A model generated the notes under the pieces. That model made no database searches. It was not told the DNA's origin and was given only the letters and a program-made list of their open reading frames with translations. This document shows, one piece after another, positions 31,606 through 41,911 of a DNA stretch of 64,000 nt. Source of the DNA: Candidatus Latescibacterota bacterium (GTDB lineage Bacteria > Latescibacterota > UBA2968 > GCA-2709665). The first letter of the stretch is position 1. Each line of letters starts with the position of its first letter. The position numbers were made by a program, and so were the translations under genes. The stretch lies in the NCBI GenBank assembly GCA_965226795.1, contig CBDDDZ010000005.1:384001-448000 (forward strand). The letters are read 5' to 3'.

Positions 31606-33924
31606 ATGTCGGTCCTGCGAGGACAGGAAATACTACGATGCCGCACATGGTTGACTTTGTTAGTTCCGACCCTTTTGGGTCTTGCGTTCGCCTTCACAAC
31701 GGTACTGGCAGCCAGCAAACCGCAGCATGCGGAAAGTCTTTATCAAATTGCGTTGGCGCGCGTGGAGAGCATTTCTGTAAAGGAGAACCTCGAGGCCTTC
31801 GGTGACGTATTGAATGTGGATCGGAACCATGCACCGGCTCACTATGAGATGGCGAAGTTGTATATGTCGATGGATACGCCGTTGGGTCGCCAGAGCGCAC
31901 GCAAGGCGCTGGATGAGGCGATTCGGCTGGATCCCGGCAACGGGGATTATCAGCTGATGCTAGGGGAGATACTCGGCAAGCAGGGACTGTGGTTGAAGGC
32001 GGAACGACATTACGAAAAGGTATGTGAGACGCATCCGGAAAAGCGGGCCCAGGCGGCGTATATGGTAGGCTTCTTTGCCATGCAAGCGTTCTTTAAATAT
32101 ATCGATATGGAGCATATCGATATATTAGGTGGGCCGGGTGGTTCGACATACCACCTGTTTCGATGGGAGAAATACGGCACGCACGACCGTGAGAAAGCAC
32201 TGATGTTCTTGATAAAGAGCATCGAGGCCGATCCTGGATTTCGAGACGCCTATTACGATTTGGGGCTGATCCATTATGAGAGCAAGAACCCCAAAGGATT
32301 GGTGACGGCATCAAAGCTATGTTTGGAACAATATCCCGATGATAAGGATGCGCTGCTTTATTGTGGACTGGGATACCAGGGGATGGGTGAATGGGAAACT
32401 GCCCATGAGTATTATATACGCGCGTTGGAGCGAATGTCGGCGGAGGAACGCGCGCTGATGGAGTCCGTGGACCTGATTGCAAGCCAGGAGGAACAATCGG
32501 TACTTGATTCGATTGCGACGACCGATACGACCCGAATCGGATCGCCGGACCACGGTGAACGAATGCGGTTTTGGCGGAAGCGTGATCCGCTGTATCTGAC
32601 GGTATTCAGTGAGCGTCAGATGGAGCACTACGGGCGTGTGGCGTATGCCAATCTTCGATATGGGCAGCGATTGAAAGGGAAACCGGGATGGAAAACTGAC
32701 CGGGGGAAAGCGCATATCAAATTCGGGCGGTTTCTCAGCAAAACGGCAACACGGCTGGAGTTACCCGGAGGTGCTGGTGGGGCGGACACACGGATTAGCA
32801 GAGTCGTTCAGGGTGGTAATGAGGAATGGTACTATGAAGGATTTTCAATCTCGTTTGTCAACAGCGACGGTCTGGATGCGTGGCGTTTCGACACCCGGCC
32901 GGGTAGGACATCGGCTCGATATACGTTCAATCATCAACCGACTCACTTTATGGACCCCTATCGTCATTACAAATACAGAATCCCATACCACGTGGCAAGC
33001 TTCAAGGATGGGGACAGCGTCCGCGTGGAACTGGCGTATGCGCTACCGAAGTACAACGTGTCTGCCTCGGATGCAGACAGTGGCTTTGTCTTGGAAAACG
33101 GAGTATTTCTGTTTGACGAGGACTGGGACGAGGTGTATCGGAAGCGGTCGGATCTCAACCTGAGGTGGCCTGAGTTAACGCCCAGCGGGTATCCTGCTGC
33201 GGACAGCCTGCGCAATAGTCATCTGGTGTTTCAGTTGGCATTCAGGGTGGCCCCCGGCACGTACCATCTGGTTGGCGAGGTTCGGGACAGGAAGCACGGG
33301 TCGATCGGGATGTTCCGCGAGGAGCGTGGTTTTGCGACTTTGGACTCTTCCCTGTCGATGAGCGATTTGCTGCTGGCCACGCAGATTGAAACTGGATCGC
33401 CGTTTCCGGAGAAAAGAAGCCACCTCAACGTCGTGGCGAATCCGCTGCGGACCTATCATCGGTCCGAACCTGCGTTCATCTATCTGGAGGTGTATAACCT
33501 GAAGCGAGATGAATACGGGCGCACGGAGTATGAGATCTCCTATCGGATCGGCCGGCCCGGGGAAGAGGAGATCGATCCGTACCTGTTCGTGGCGCAGCGG
33601 TTGCCAGGGGATGGCGATGCATCGGCAGCTGCACAGGTGATTATGACCCGCAACGAGAAATTAGAGGTGATGCGAGTTAACGAGGTTCTGGACCGGGAAG
33701 AAGACGAAATCGGGGACTGGATCAAAGAAACAGGAGGGAACCGGCAGGGCACGGAGACGGCAATTACAAGTCGTTATGAGGGCTCTCGTGGGGATGACTT
33801 CACGTATTTGCAGATTGACGTGCGCCACGTGCCCGTGGGTGTGCACCGGTTATCGGTGCGGGTGAAAGACATGCATACCCGCCAGATGGCAACGAGGGAG
33901 GAATTATTCCGTGTAGTTGAGTGA
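31606..33924 (+). CDS. Exported TPR and GWxTD domain protein
   Basis: Hydrophobic signal-like segment, TPR repeats, FW...DP, R..YAN, GWKTDRG. Confidence 0.85.
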   Translation: MSVLRGQEILRCRTWLTLLVPTLLGLAFAFTTVLAASKPQHAESLYQIALARVESISVKENLEAFGDVLNVDRNHAPAHYEMAKLYMSMDTPLGRQSARKALDEAIRLDPGNGDYQLMLGEILGKQGLWLKAERHYEKVCETHPEKRAQAAYMVGFFAMQAFFKYIDMEHIDILGGPGGSTYHLFRWEKYGTHDREKALMFLIKSIEADPGFRDAYYDLGLIHYESKNPKGLVTASKLCLEQYPDDKDALLYCGLGYQGMGEWETAHEYYIRALERMSAEERALMESVDLIASQEEQSVLDSIATTDTTRIGSPDHGERMRFWRKRDPLYLTVFSERQMEHYGRVAYANLRYGQRLKGKPGWKTDRGKAHIKFGRFLSKTATRLELPGGAGGADTRISRVVQGGNEEWYYEGFSISFVNSDGLDAWRFDTRPGRTSARYTFNHQPTHFMDPYRHYKYRIPYHVASFKDGDSVRVELAYALPKYNVSASDADSGFVLENGVFLFDEDWDEVYRKRSDLNLRWPELTPSGYPAADSLRNSHLVFQLAFRVAPGTYHLVGEVRDRKHGSIGMFREERGFATLDSSLSMSDLLLATQIETGSPFPEKRSHLNVVANPLRTYHRSEPAFIYLEVYNLKRDEYGRTEYEISYRIGRPGEEEIDPYLFVAQRLPGDGDASAAAQVIMTRNEKLEVMRVNEVLDREEDEIGDWIKETGGNRQGTETAITSRYEGSRGDDFTYLQIDVRHVPVGVHRLSVRVKDMHTRQMATREELFRVVE

Positions 33925-34111
33925 AAGTGGAAACACCTTGTGAAAGTGGCCCGAAGGCAGCAAATAACCGTCGGCGATCGTCCCGCCCATCCATGCCAAT
34001 GCAGAAACGTGAGACTTTGTGGCTGTCGCAAATTGCAACGTTAGCTCTCAGCAGACAGCAAATTGCGGGTCGACGCCGTACCACCCGGCGTTCCTTTCCT
34101 ATATTTCTCAC

Positions 34112-34302
34112 GCCCGCCCGGTTGTAGGGGGGGACTTTTCCGCGTTTTTCCGTCCAGAAATACGGCTCATCAACGCCCTCGATATTGTCAGGCCATCAAC
34201 TCAAGTTTATGCCCCTGAGGCGATTCGCGGAAAAGCAGCCCCGCGGCGTTTAAGCGGCGCCGTTCTTTTTGGTCCTTTTTCTTTGGCGAGAAAGAAAAAG
34301 GA
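34112..34302 (+). repeat. Structured dispersed element, subtype A, copy A2
   Basis: TTTTCCGCG...TCCGTCCA-[34157-34218]-GGCGATT-CGCGGAAAA...terminal T/A hairpin. Confidence 0.85.
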
Positions 34303-34353
34303 TATAAAAAAAGAAAAAATAAGAATTTATTTAGAAATATGTGGTTATCCGCT

Positions 34354-35157
34354 TCATTCGAGGCGGATGACGTCACTGGGCACTCTTAGCTCGAACCGGC
34401 GATCCGGAACGCCAGCGTTTATTGTACGGCTGGCAACCTGAATCAGGATCCTGTCGTTTCCCTGGATCATCTCCATCCTGCCGGGAAGAACCACGCCGTT
34501 TTGCCGCCGGTATTCCGATAGGAGTCGGCGAGATATCAATGCCCCGTCGGGCGTGTATACCCGTTCTTCCAGCAGGACGGCGGCGCGGGGGTCAAATCGA
34601 AGGCGGCGTGTCCAGAGCGGTTCGATGATTTCCACGGTGAGGCTGTCCCGGTGTGACGCGAATTCGCCGACGCGAGGTAAATTGAGTGGGGAGAGGTTGA
34701 CGAGGCCAAGCAACGCGTGCCGAACGCCGTAAGGCGCGAGATCGACGCCCGTGATGGCACGCAGCACGTCTTCCGAAGGTCCTTCCAGGTAGTGGTTGGT
34801 CCTGGGCAGATAGACGGCCATGGTGTCCCCCTGCGCGCGGGCAGACAGCACGCCGATGCCGAGCAGGGCATGTTTAATCTCGATCTTCAGTTCGTCGGGC
34901 GATCGATAGAAGAGTACGGCGAACCCCTTTTGTTTGACGCCGTCTATACGCATGTTGATTCCGGCGCGGATTTCCAGATCCACAAGGCTGTCGGCGCGTG
35001 AGGATACAATGCGCAGCAGGTCGTCCGGGGTTGGAACCGGCCCGACGTCCGGGAGGCGTGAAAGAGTTGCGGCGCAGCCGGGAAGCAACAGGAGAAGGAA
35101 ATAAAGGAAAGGTGTTGGGGTGAGGGAGCGCGTTCCGGACCGCTGACGGCATGCCAT
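34354..35157 (-). CDS. Lipoprotein, LolB/DUF4292-like
   Basis: Lipobox LLLPGC, beta-rich sequence, C-terminal N..VP...F...P, and position downstream of a TPR lipoprotein. Confidence 0.6.
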   Translation of the reverse strand: MACRQRSGTRSLTPTPFLYFLLLLLPGCAATLSRLPDVGPVPTPDDLLRIVSSRADSLVDLEIRAGINMRIDGVKQKGFAVLFYRSPDELKIEIKHALLGIGVLSARAQGDTMAVYLPRTNHYLEGPSEDVLRAITGVDLAPYGVRHALLGLVNLSPLNLPRVGEFASHRDSLTVEIIEPLWTRRLRFDPRAAVLLEERVYTPDGALISRRLLSEYRRQNGVVLPGRMEMIQGNDRILIQVASRTINAGVPDRRFELRVPSDVIRLE

Positions 35158-35158
35158 T

Positions 35159-37069
35159 TCAGGGTCCGTTTGCGTTGCTGGGGCCGATTGATTGCAGTTT
35201 TCGTCGAATGGTTTCGTTATCCGGGTTCAGATCAACCGCCCGTTGCCAGTGTTCGAGCGCTTCGTCGATATTACCCAGGGCCTGGGCGGTATCGCCGACG
35301 TGATCCAAAATGACCGATAGATTTTCGCGCTGACCGTCCGTTCGGAATTCCATCTCGATCTTGTTCAGCCTGTTTTCTTCTGCTTTCAGTGCAAGCTTGA
35401 GATACTTCATCGCTTCGTCGTATCGCTGTTGCTGAAAATGAACCCATCCCATGCTATCCAGATACGCGCCGTTTTGAGGGTCGCCCTGCAAGGCGCGTTC
35501 AATATAGTCTTCCGCTTCCCTGAGTCGCACTCCTTTTTCCGCGAACATGTAACCCAGGTAGTTCAACGCCTGGTGGTGGTCGGGCGCCCTGGCAAGAAGG
35601 CGTTGGAAAATGGCAACGGCGCTATCGAACCGCCCGGTGCGCTCGTAACTGTGACCCAGGTCGTAAAGTACTTTCTCCAGGAGGTCCGGGTCTTCTTCAA
35701 GGCGATTTTTCAGGCTTTCAAGGGCCGGAATCGCCTCCTTCCATTTTTTCTCGGCCAGATAGGTACGGCCAACCTCCAGTTGATAACGAAGCTCGTCTGG
35801 CCGGGCGTTAACGGCCTGGCTGTAGACCGTTCTCGCGCGCGCTGGGCGGTTGCTCACGGCGTACGCCCGTCCCAGCGCAAACACGATCTGGGAATAGAGT
35901 TCGGATTCCGCGGGTGTTTCGCCGAAGAGTCCATCAAGAATATCGATGGCGGGGTCCCAATCCCGTTCATTCAGATATGTATGTGCAACGCCCAGCCGGT
36001 ACCTCGGATCGGACTCAAGGGATATCGCCCGGTGGAAGATGCGTCGGGCTTCTTCCGGACGGTCCGTGTATAGGAGCAGCGACGCCTTCCGGCCAAGCAG
36101 ATCGTGTCGTTCCGGCATTTCCTGGATGAGGCGGTCCAGAAGGGTTTCCGTATGTCGATACCGGCGCGTCTCCAGGCCGCTTTCGGTGCCCGAACGTGGA
36201 ATGCTCCGCGGGAGGTGAGTTGACAACCGGTCCAGAAAAAGCGTATCCAGGGGTGTTTCCGAGATCAGGGCTTCCACGTGCTCGTCACGGTCGTAGATTG
36301 CAACGAGCTTCTGCCAGAGCGTGCCCGTGGTCTTGTTCAAGCGGTGTTGAAAATGCGTCAGTCCGGAACGATAGATGGCTGCGGCTTCAAGGCTGTCGCC
36401 CGCGGCAATCGTCAGGTCGCCAAGTCGATTCCAGATCTGCGCCTGCTCCGGGTCGCGATGCAGGATGCGGCGGTAGATACCGGCTGCCTTCCGGGGCAGA
36501 TTCAGCCGCTGATAACCGTCGGCTATCAACAGATCGTACCGGATGTTCGGAGCCGGCACGGACGCGGCCTGATCCAGCACACGGAGGACGTTCTCGCGCT
36601 GCCGTTTGGCAGTGTAGATTTGGAGCAGATGGGTATATGCCCGGAAATCCGCGGGATTCAGGCGGGCGATGGCTTCAAGCTGGGCCGTCGCCAGCAGCGA
36701 ATCCTCCTGCCCCTTGACCAGGGTGTGGTAGAGCAGCCATCGATGGGCTGGCGCTCGGGGTTCCAACCGCACGGCTTTTCGTGCGACTTGACCGGCTTCA
36801 CCAATCCGGTTCAACGAGATCAGATTGTGGGCAAGTGAACTGTACAGGGTGGCTGCAGTGGAGTCGATGGCAATGGCCGCTCTCAGCGACGCCACGGCGT
36901 CTTCAATTCGCCCTGCAAGTTCGAACCGCTTAGCGTCTATGTAGTGACCCATCGCGCGGGGGTCTGGGCCGCGAGGTTTCGGCTGCGGAGGGTTGACCGC
37001 CTTGAGGGAAGCTGCGCACCCCGCAAGGGCCATCAGAAGGAAGAGACAAATGATTGGACGTGTTTTCAT
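35159..37069 (-). CDS. TPR-repeat lipoprotein
   Basis: Lipobox LAGC, ALNYLGY, YLDSMGW, DHVGD. Confidence 0.85.
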   Translation of the reverse strand: MKTRPIICLFLLMALAGCAASLKAVNPPQPKPRGPDPRAMGHYIDAKRFELAGRIEDAVASLRAAIAIDSTAATLYSSLAHNLISLNRIGEAGQVARKAVRLEPRAPAHRWLLYHTLVKGQEDSLLATAQLEAIARLNPADFRAYTHLLQIYTAKRQRENVLRVLDQAASVPAPNIRYDLLIADGYQRLNLPRKAAGIYRRILHRDPEQAQIWNRLGDLTIAAGDSLEAAAIYRSGLTHFQHRLNKTTGTLWQKLVAIYDRDEHVEALISETPLDTLFLDRLSTHLPRSIPRSGTESGLETRRYRHTETLLDRLIQEMPERHDLLGRKASLLLYTDRPEEARRIFHRAISLESDPRYRLGVAHTYLNERDWDPAIDILDGLFGETPAESELYSQIVFALGRAYAVSNRPARARTVYSQAVNARPDELRYQLEVGRTYLAEKKWKEAIPALESLKNRLEEDPDLLEKVLYDLGHSYERTGRFDSAVAIFQRLLARAPDHHQALNYLGYMFAEKGVRLREAEDYIERALQGDPQNGAYLDSMGWVHFQQQRYDEAMKYLKLALKAEENRLNKIEMEFRTDGQRENLSVILDHVGDTAQALGNIDEALEHWQRAVDLNPDNETIRRKLQSIGPSNANGP

Positions 37070-37155
37070 ATTTTACGCTGTAAACCGGGAAGAATGGGGG
37101 ACGGACAGGCAAAGCAACCGCCTGTGAAGAGATTCTGAAGCTTTTACGATCCGGA

Positions 37156-38568
37156 TTAAAAAAAGTTGCCCGCTCGTTTCTCAAGGAGCAGCTTGCCGGT
37201 TTCGTTCTCGATGGGGATCGGATAGTCTTGCGTGAAACAGGCGGTGCAATACTGGAGAGACGAGTTAGGGGCCACGCTGAGCATGCCGTCCAGTGAGAGA
37301 TAACCCAGACTGTCGACGCCCAGGTGTTCGCGGATCTGTTCCACGGTTTTCGCGCTGGCGATCAGTTCCTTCTCGGTCTGAAAGTCAATTCCGTAAAAGC
37401 AGGGACCGACAATTGGCGGGCAGCTTACACGTACATGAACCTGGCGGGCGCCCGCTTCCCGCAACATTCGAACCAGATGTCTAAGTGTTGTGCCTCGGAC
37501 AATTGAATCTTCCACGACAACCACCCGTTTTCCGTTCAGAACACCCCTGACGGGGTTGAATTTGAGGCGAACCTTGGACGATCGACTGTCCTGTCCGGGT
37601 GTAATAAAGGTGCGCCCTACATAGTGGTTCCGTATAAGGCCGATCTCGTGTTTGATGCCGGATTGATTGGCATATCCCAGCGTCGCGGTATTGCTGGAGT
37701 CCGGCACGGATATCACGATGTCCGCGGCGGCAGGCTGTTCAATGGCGAGTTGTCTGCCGAGCCGGCGCCGGGTCTTGTCGACGTTGTCGCTGAAGATGAT
37801 GCTGTCGGGCCGTGAGAAGTAAATGTATTCGAAGATGCAGAACGCGTGGCGATCCGCTTTCGCGGTCGTGAAGGCGCGGAGACCGTGCGCGTCTATCATG
37901 ATAAGTTCGCCGGGTTCGATGTCGCGAATATAACGTGCTGAGATGATGTCCAGCGCGCATGATTCGGAGGCGACAATCCAGGCATCGCCGAGTTTCCCCA
38001 GGCACAACGGACGGAATCCGAAGGGATCGCGGGCGGCGAACAGCTGGCTTTCCGTCGCCAGGACGAGCGAATACGCGCCCTCGATCTGCCGCAAAGCGTC
38101 CGTAATGCGATCGACCATTTTTTCTTCTCTGCACCTGGCGACGAGATGGAGAATCAGTTCGCTGTCGGTTGTCGTCTGGAAGATGGAGCCGTCGTTCTGC
38201 ATCCGGCTTCGGAGCACGGCTGTATTGGTAAGGTTGCCGTTGTGCGCGACGGCGACAAAGGCGTCCCGGCATTCCGCCAGAAAGGGTTGGGCGTTGGCGA
38301 GGGTGTCGGATCCGGTGGTGGAATACCGGTTGTGTCCGATGGCAAGATGACCCGGCAGCCGGTCCAATACACCTTCGCCGGAGAACACATCGGCCACGTG
38401 CCCCATTGCGGTGTGGCGAAACACGTATTCACCGTTGCCGGAAACGATGCCGCTGCTCTCCTCACCCCGGTGCTGCAGGGCATGCAGGCCCAGCGTGGTG
38501 AGTTTCGCCGCATCTCCATTCCCGTAAATGCCGAAGATGCCGCAAAAGTGTTTGACACTCTGGTCCAT
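37156..38568 (-). CDS. purF: Amidophosphoribosyltransferase
   Basis: Short propeptide then CGIFG, LQHRG, HNRYSTTG, HNGN, VEDSIVRGTT, YCTACF. Confidence 0.97.
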   Translation of the reverse strand: MDQSVKHFCGIFGIYGNGDAAKLTTLGLHALQHRGEESSGIVSGNGEYVFRHTAMGHVADVFSGEGVLDRLPGHLAIGHNRYSTTGSDTLANAQPFLAECRDAFVAVAHNGNLTNTAVLRSRMQNDGSIFQTTTDSELILHLVARCREEKMVDRITDALRQIEGAYSLVLATESQLFAARDPFGFRPLCLGKLGDAWIVASESCALDIISARYIRDIEPGELIMIDAHGLRAFTTAKADRHAFCIFEYIYFSRPDSIIFSDNVDKTRRRLGRQLAIEQPAAADIVISVPDSSNTATLGYANQSGIKHEIGLIRNHYVGRTFITPGQDSRSSKVRLKFNPVRGVLNGKRVVVVEDSIVRGTTLRHLVRMLREAGARQVHVRVSCPPIVGPCFYGIDFQTEKELIASAKTVEQIREHLGVDSLGYLSLDGMLSVAPNSSLQYCTACFTQDYPIPIENETGKLLLEKRAGNFF

Positions 38569-38773
38569 CGGCCCTCCTGTCGGGGGTTTGCAGGTTGATT
38601 GTGCCGGGATAAATCGTCAAGTAGCTGTTTTTAAATCTCCTGGTGCGTTCCCGCGCGCGCGGGGCGCAGCGTTGTCGTTCGGAACCCGGACAGTGGACGA
38701 CACAGGGCTCTCGTCTTACGCTGGGCAGACCGGCAAACCGTATCCGGACACCAGCGAACGCCCGCCTGTAACG

Positions 38774-40939
38774 TTAGTGCCTGCTTCGTCGGCGCCTTCC
38801 GTTTCTCCCTCTGTGGCGGCGGTCTCGTTCGGGCGTGGAACCACCTTCTTTAAGCAGAAAGTCGAGCCGGCGGAATCTACGGTCCGCCCGTACAAGCTGA
38901 ACCACCACCGGGTCGCCCAACCGGAATCGCCGGCCGGTGCGGTTTCCGGTAAGGGCGCCTTCGGTTTCGTGATACACGTAGTAATCGTCTTCCAGTGTAC
39001 TTACTCTCACGAGTCCGTCGATAAAAAAATCGTCCAACTGCGCGAAGAAACCAATGGAACGGACCCCAACGATAACGGCTTTGAAGGCGTCGCCGACGCG
39101 GTTTTCCAGAAAGCGGATCTGTTTGACCTTGATGGACGCTCTTTCCGCCTCCTGAGCCACTTTTTCCCGGCCGGTTGCGATGTCGCCGAGTGCGGGTAAT
39201 CGTTCCCGGAGCCTGTTCGTTTTTTCTTCGGTCAATCCTCCGGGTTCTCTTAAGAGGCGATGGACCAGCAGGTCCGGGTATCGTCTGATGGGGGAGGTGA
39301 AGTGGGTGTAGGTGTCACAGGCAAGGCCGAAGTGGCCGATGTTTTCGGGAGAGTAGACGGCCTTTTTCATGGACTGCAACAACCATGCGTTCAGCATCTG
39401 GCCGGAACGCTTCCCTTCAACAGCGGCCAGAAACTTCTGAATGTCGGCTGAAGTGATCCTGTCCCTGCGCGGAAATCCGAATCCGAAGGCGGCGGCCGTG
39501 TCTGCAAAATCCGCAAGTTTCCGCGCATCCGGCCTTTCGTGAACCCGGTACAGGCCAGGCAGTTTCCGGTCTCGCAGATGGCAGGCTACGGTTTCGTTGG
39601 CCAGTAGCATAAATTCTTCGATAATGCGATGACTGTCGAGGCGTTCGCTCTTGCAAATGTCGGTGACGTTACCCTCGTGATCCACGACGATACGTGGTTC
39701 GGCAATGTTGAAATCGATCGCGCCCCGCTCCCTGCGCCCGCGGGTGATACGCCTGCGCAGGCTGTCCATCTTGCGCAAGAGGGCGCCGTGGGGCGTTGCA
39801 TCGGACGATCCGCCTCCATTGAGGAACTTCTGGGCATGCCGGTAGGACAGCTTCGCCCTGCTTCGGACCACGGAGGGTGCGATCTCCGTTTTCAGCGACC
39901 GGCCGTTCGCATCCAGATCGATAAGTACGCTGACGGCAAGCCGGTCCTTTTCGGGCAGAAGGGAACACAGATCTGCGGACAGGCGCTGCGGCAGCATGGG
40001 AATCGCGCGGTCCGCGAGGTAGACGCTGGTCCCTCGCGTCAGTGCCTCATGATCCAGTGGGCTACCTTCTTTAACGTAGTAGCCAACGTCGGCAATGTGT
40101 ACGCCCAGCCGGTATCCGCCTCCCGGTCGATCTTCCAGTGAGACGGCGTCGTCGTGGTCGCGGGCGTCTTCCGGGTCGATGGTAACGCACAAGAGATGAC
40201 GAAGGTCCAGCCGGTTTCTGGTTTCCGTTGCGGGGAGCTTGTCTCGAAATTCGTCTGCAGCTTCCAATACGTGCGGGGGAAACTCAATGGGCAGGCCGTA
40301 CTCTTTCACGATGGAAAGGGTATCGATGCCGGGGTCGTCGGGGAGTCCGAGGACTTCGACGATTTCACCTTCGGGATCGGGATTTCCCGGGAGCCAGGAT
40401 CGTAGGCGGGCAACGACCACCTGACCGTCCCGGGCTCCTCCGACATCTTCGGGGGAGATGTAGACATCCCTGAGAAATCGGGGATCGTCAGGTTCCACAA
40501 AGCCAAAACGCGTTCCGGCGCGATAGATTCCCACTATGCCTCTGGCGCCGCGTTCCAGCACACGGACGATCTCGCCTTCCGGCTTGCCGCCGGCTCTGCG
40601 GGAAACCCGGGCTACGACTCGGTCGCCGTGCAACGCGCCGCGCAGGCCGCCAGCCCCGACAAAGATGTCCGGGCCTGCTTCGTCGCGGCAGACAAATCCG
40701 AAGCCGTCGGGGTTAACGCTCAGTCGACCCGTGGCGAGGTTAAGTCTGTCGGGAGGTCCAAAGCGGTTGTTGCGCAGCCTGACGATGGCTCCTTCCCGCT
40801 CGAGTCGGACGAGCAGGCGTCGAAATCCCCGGTAGTCGTTTTCGGGCACCCTCAACGCCCGGCTCAGCTCGCGAGGTTTGAGCGGGCGTCCCGCTTCCTT
40901 ACGGATATAATCCAGAACCCGGTCTCGGGTTATGGGCAT
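38774..40939 (-). CDS. rnr: Ribonuclease R
   Basis: TIDPEDARDHDDA, IEEFMLLAN, YTHFTSPIRRYPDL, C-terminal S1 domain and basic tail. Confidence 0.95.
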   Translation of the reverse strand: MPITRDRVLDYIRKEAGRPLKPRELSRALRVPENDYRGFRRLLVRLEREGAIVRLRNNRFGPPDRLNLATGRLSVNPDGFGFVCRDEAGPDIFVGAGGLRGALHGDRVVARVSRRAGGKPEGEIVRVLERGARGIVGIYRAGTRFGFVEPDDPRFLRDVYISPEDVGGARDGQVVVARLRSWLPGNPDPEGEIVEVLGLPDDPGIDTLSIVKEYGLPIEFPPHVLEAADEFRDKLPATETRNRLDLRHLLCVTIDPEDARDHDDAVSLEDRPGGGYRLGVHIADVGYYVKEGSPLDHEALTRGTSVYLADRAIPMLPQRLSADLCSLLPEKDRLAVSVLIDLDANGRSLKTEIAPSVVRSRAKLSYRHAQKFLNGGGSSDATPHGALLRKMDSLRRRITRGRRERGAIDFNIAEPRIVVDHEGNVTDICKSERLDSHRIIEEFMLLANETVACHLRDRKLPGLYRVHERPDARKLADFADTAAAFGFGFPRRDRITSADIQKFLAAVEGKRSGQMLNAWLLQSMKKAVYSPENIGHFGLACDTYTHFTSPIRRYPDLLVHRLLREPGGLTEEKTNRLRERLPALGDIATGREKVAQEAERASIKVKQIRFLENRVGDAFKAVIVGVRSIGFFAQLDDFFIDGLVRVSTLEDDYYVYHETEGALTGNRTGRRFRLGDPVVVQLVRADRRFRRLDFLLKEGGSTPERDRRHRGRNGRRRRSRH

Positions 40940-41212
40940 GTCGATATTCCATCCCGGGCGCGGGAGATCCTGAAACCGTCCTGAGGGGTCGGCGCCACCG
41001 CTATTTTCTTGATGCAGGGAGGCGAATTCCTTAACTTTGTGCCACCGTCTGAGTCTACATTTAATATATAGGTTAGCACAAAGAAAATCAAAAATAAATA
41101 GGCAAGAAAAACGAAACCTGCACAAAGAGAGAAGGAGGTGTTGGAGCGGTTCATTCGGGCTAATCAGGTCTAGTGTCCTTTCCCAGAAATATGTCACCAA
41201 AGGAGCTTCGTT

Positions 41213-41674
41213 ATGAGACGTCTGGTTCCGGTAATTCTCCTCCCGCTTATTCTGTTGACTTTGCACGGGTCGGCGCTTTCACACTGTGAAATCCCCTGTG
41301 GGATCTACGGCGACGAGGCCAGGTTCGCAACCATTGCTGAGAATTTGAAGACCATTGAGAAGTCGATGAATCAGATTATCCAGCTTTCGGCCGATCCGGG
41401 CAAGAACATGAATCAGCTGGTGCGGTGGGTGAATAACAAAGAATCTCATGCGGATCACATTCGTGAGATTGCGGCGCAGTACTTCCTCGCGCAACGCATC
41501 AAGGCTCCCGCAGGCGTCGATCCGACCGCGCACAAGGCATATTCCGAGAAACTCGCATTGCTTCATCAGATAATCGTTTCGGCGATGAAATGCAAGCAGA
41601 CTACCGACATTGCCCACGTGAAGAAATCGCGGGAACTATTGCAGGCGTTCCAGGCGCTGTACAACCAAAAATGA
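41213..41674 (+). CDS. sodN: Nickel superoxide dismutase precursor
   Basis: Ni-hook HCEIPCGIY after a 23-aa leader. Confidence 0.92.
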   Translation: MRRLVPVILLPLILLTLHGSALSHCEIPCGIYGDEARFATIAENLKTIEKSMNQIIQLSADPGKNMNQLVRWVNNKESHADHIREIAAQYFLAQRIKAPAGVDPTAHKAYSEKLALLHQIIVSAMKCKQTTDIAHVKKSRELLQAFQALYNQK

Positions 41675-41719
41675 AGCGCCACGGGCTCCTTTTGCCCTGG
41701 ATCCACGAGAAATATCACG

Positions 41720-41752
41720 CCGGGTCTTCCGAGGAAGGCCCGGTATTTTTTT
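41720..41752 (+). terminator. Rho-independent terminator after sodN
   Basis: CCGGGTCTTC-CGAG-GAAGGCCCGG followed by a T run. Confidence 0.7.
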
Positions 41753-41811
41753 CGTGCAACGGCCAGATTTTCCTTGCGAAGAATACGCCAGTTTGATATA
41801 TTGATTGAGTG

Positions 41812-41838
41812 TTAGCACTCAACAAGTCAGAGTGCTAA
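41812..41838 (+). promoter_or_regulatory. CIRCE operator (HrcA binding site)
   Basis: Perfect TTAGCACTC-N9-GAGTGCTAA upstream of groES. Confidence 0.97.
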
Positions 41839-41911
41839 CAACGACGTTAAGCAATTAAAATCAATAAGTTTAACGCCGATCCAGTCTCATTTTTTCAAGG
41901 AGGTTAGAGAC

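Noticed and set aside
40940..41266. Long N-terminal extensions in the ORF track (rnr; also heparinase-like, NnrS-like, moeB, solA, parA)
   Set aside because: They extend into intergenic or repeat DNA or overlap other genes. Downstream starts fit the family N-termini and usually an RBS.
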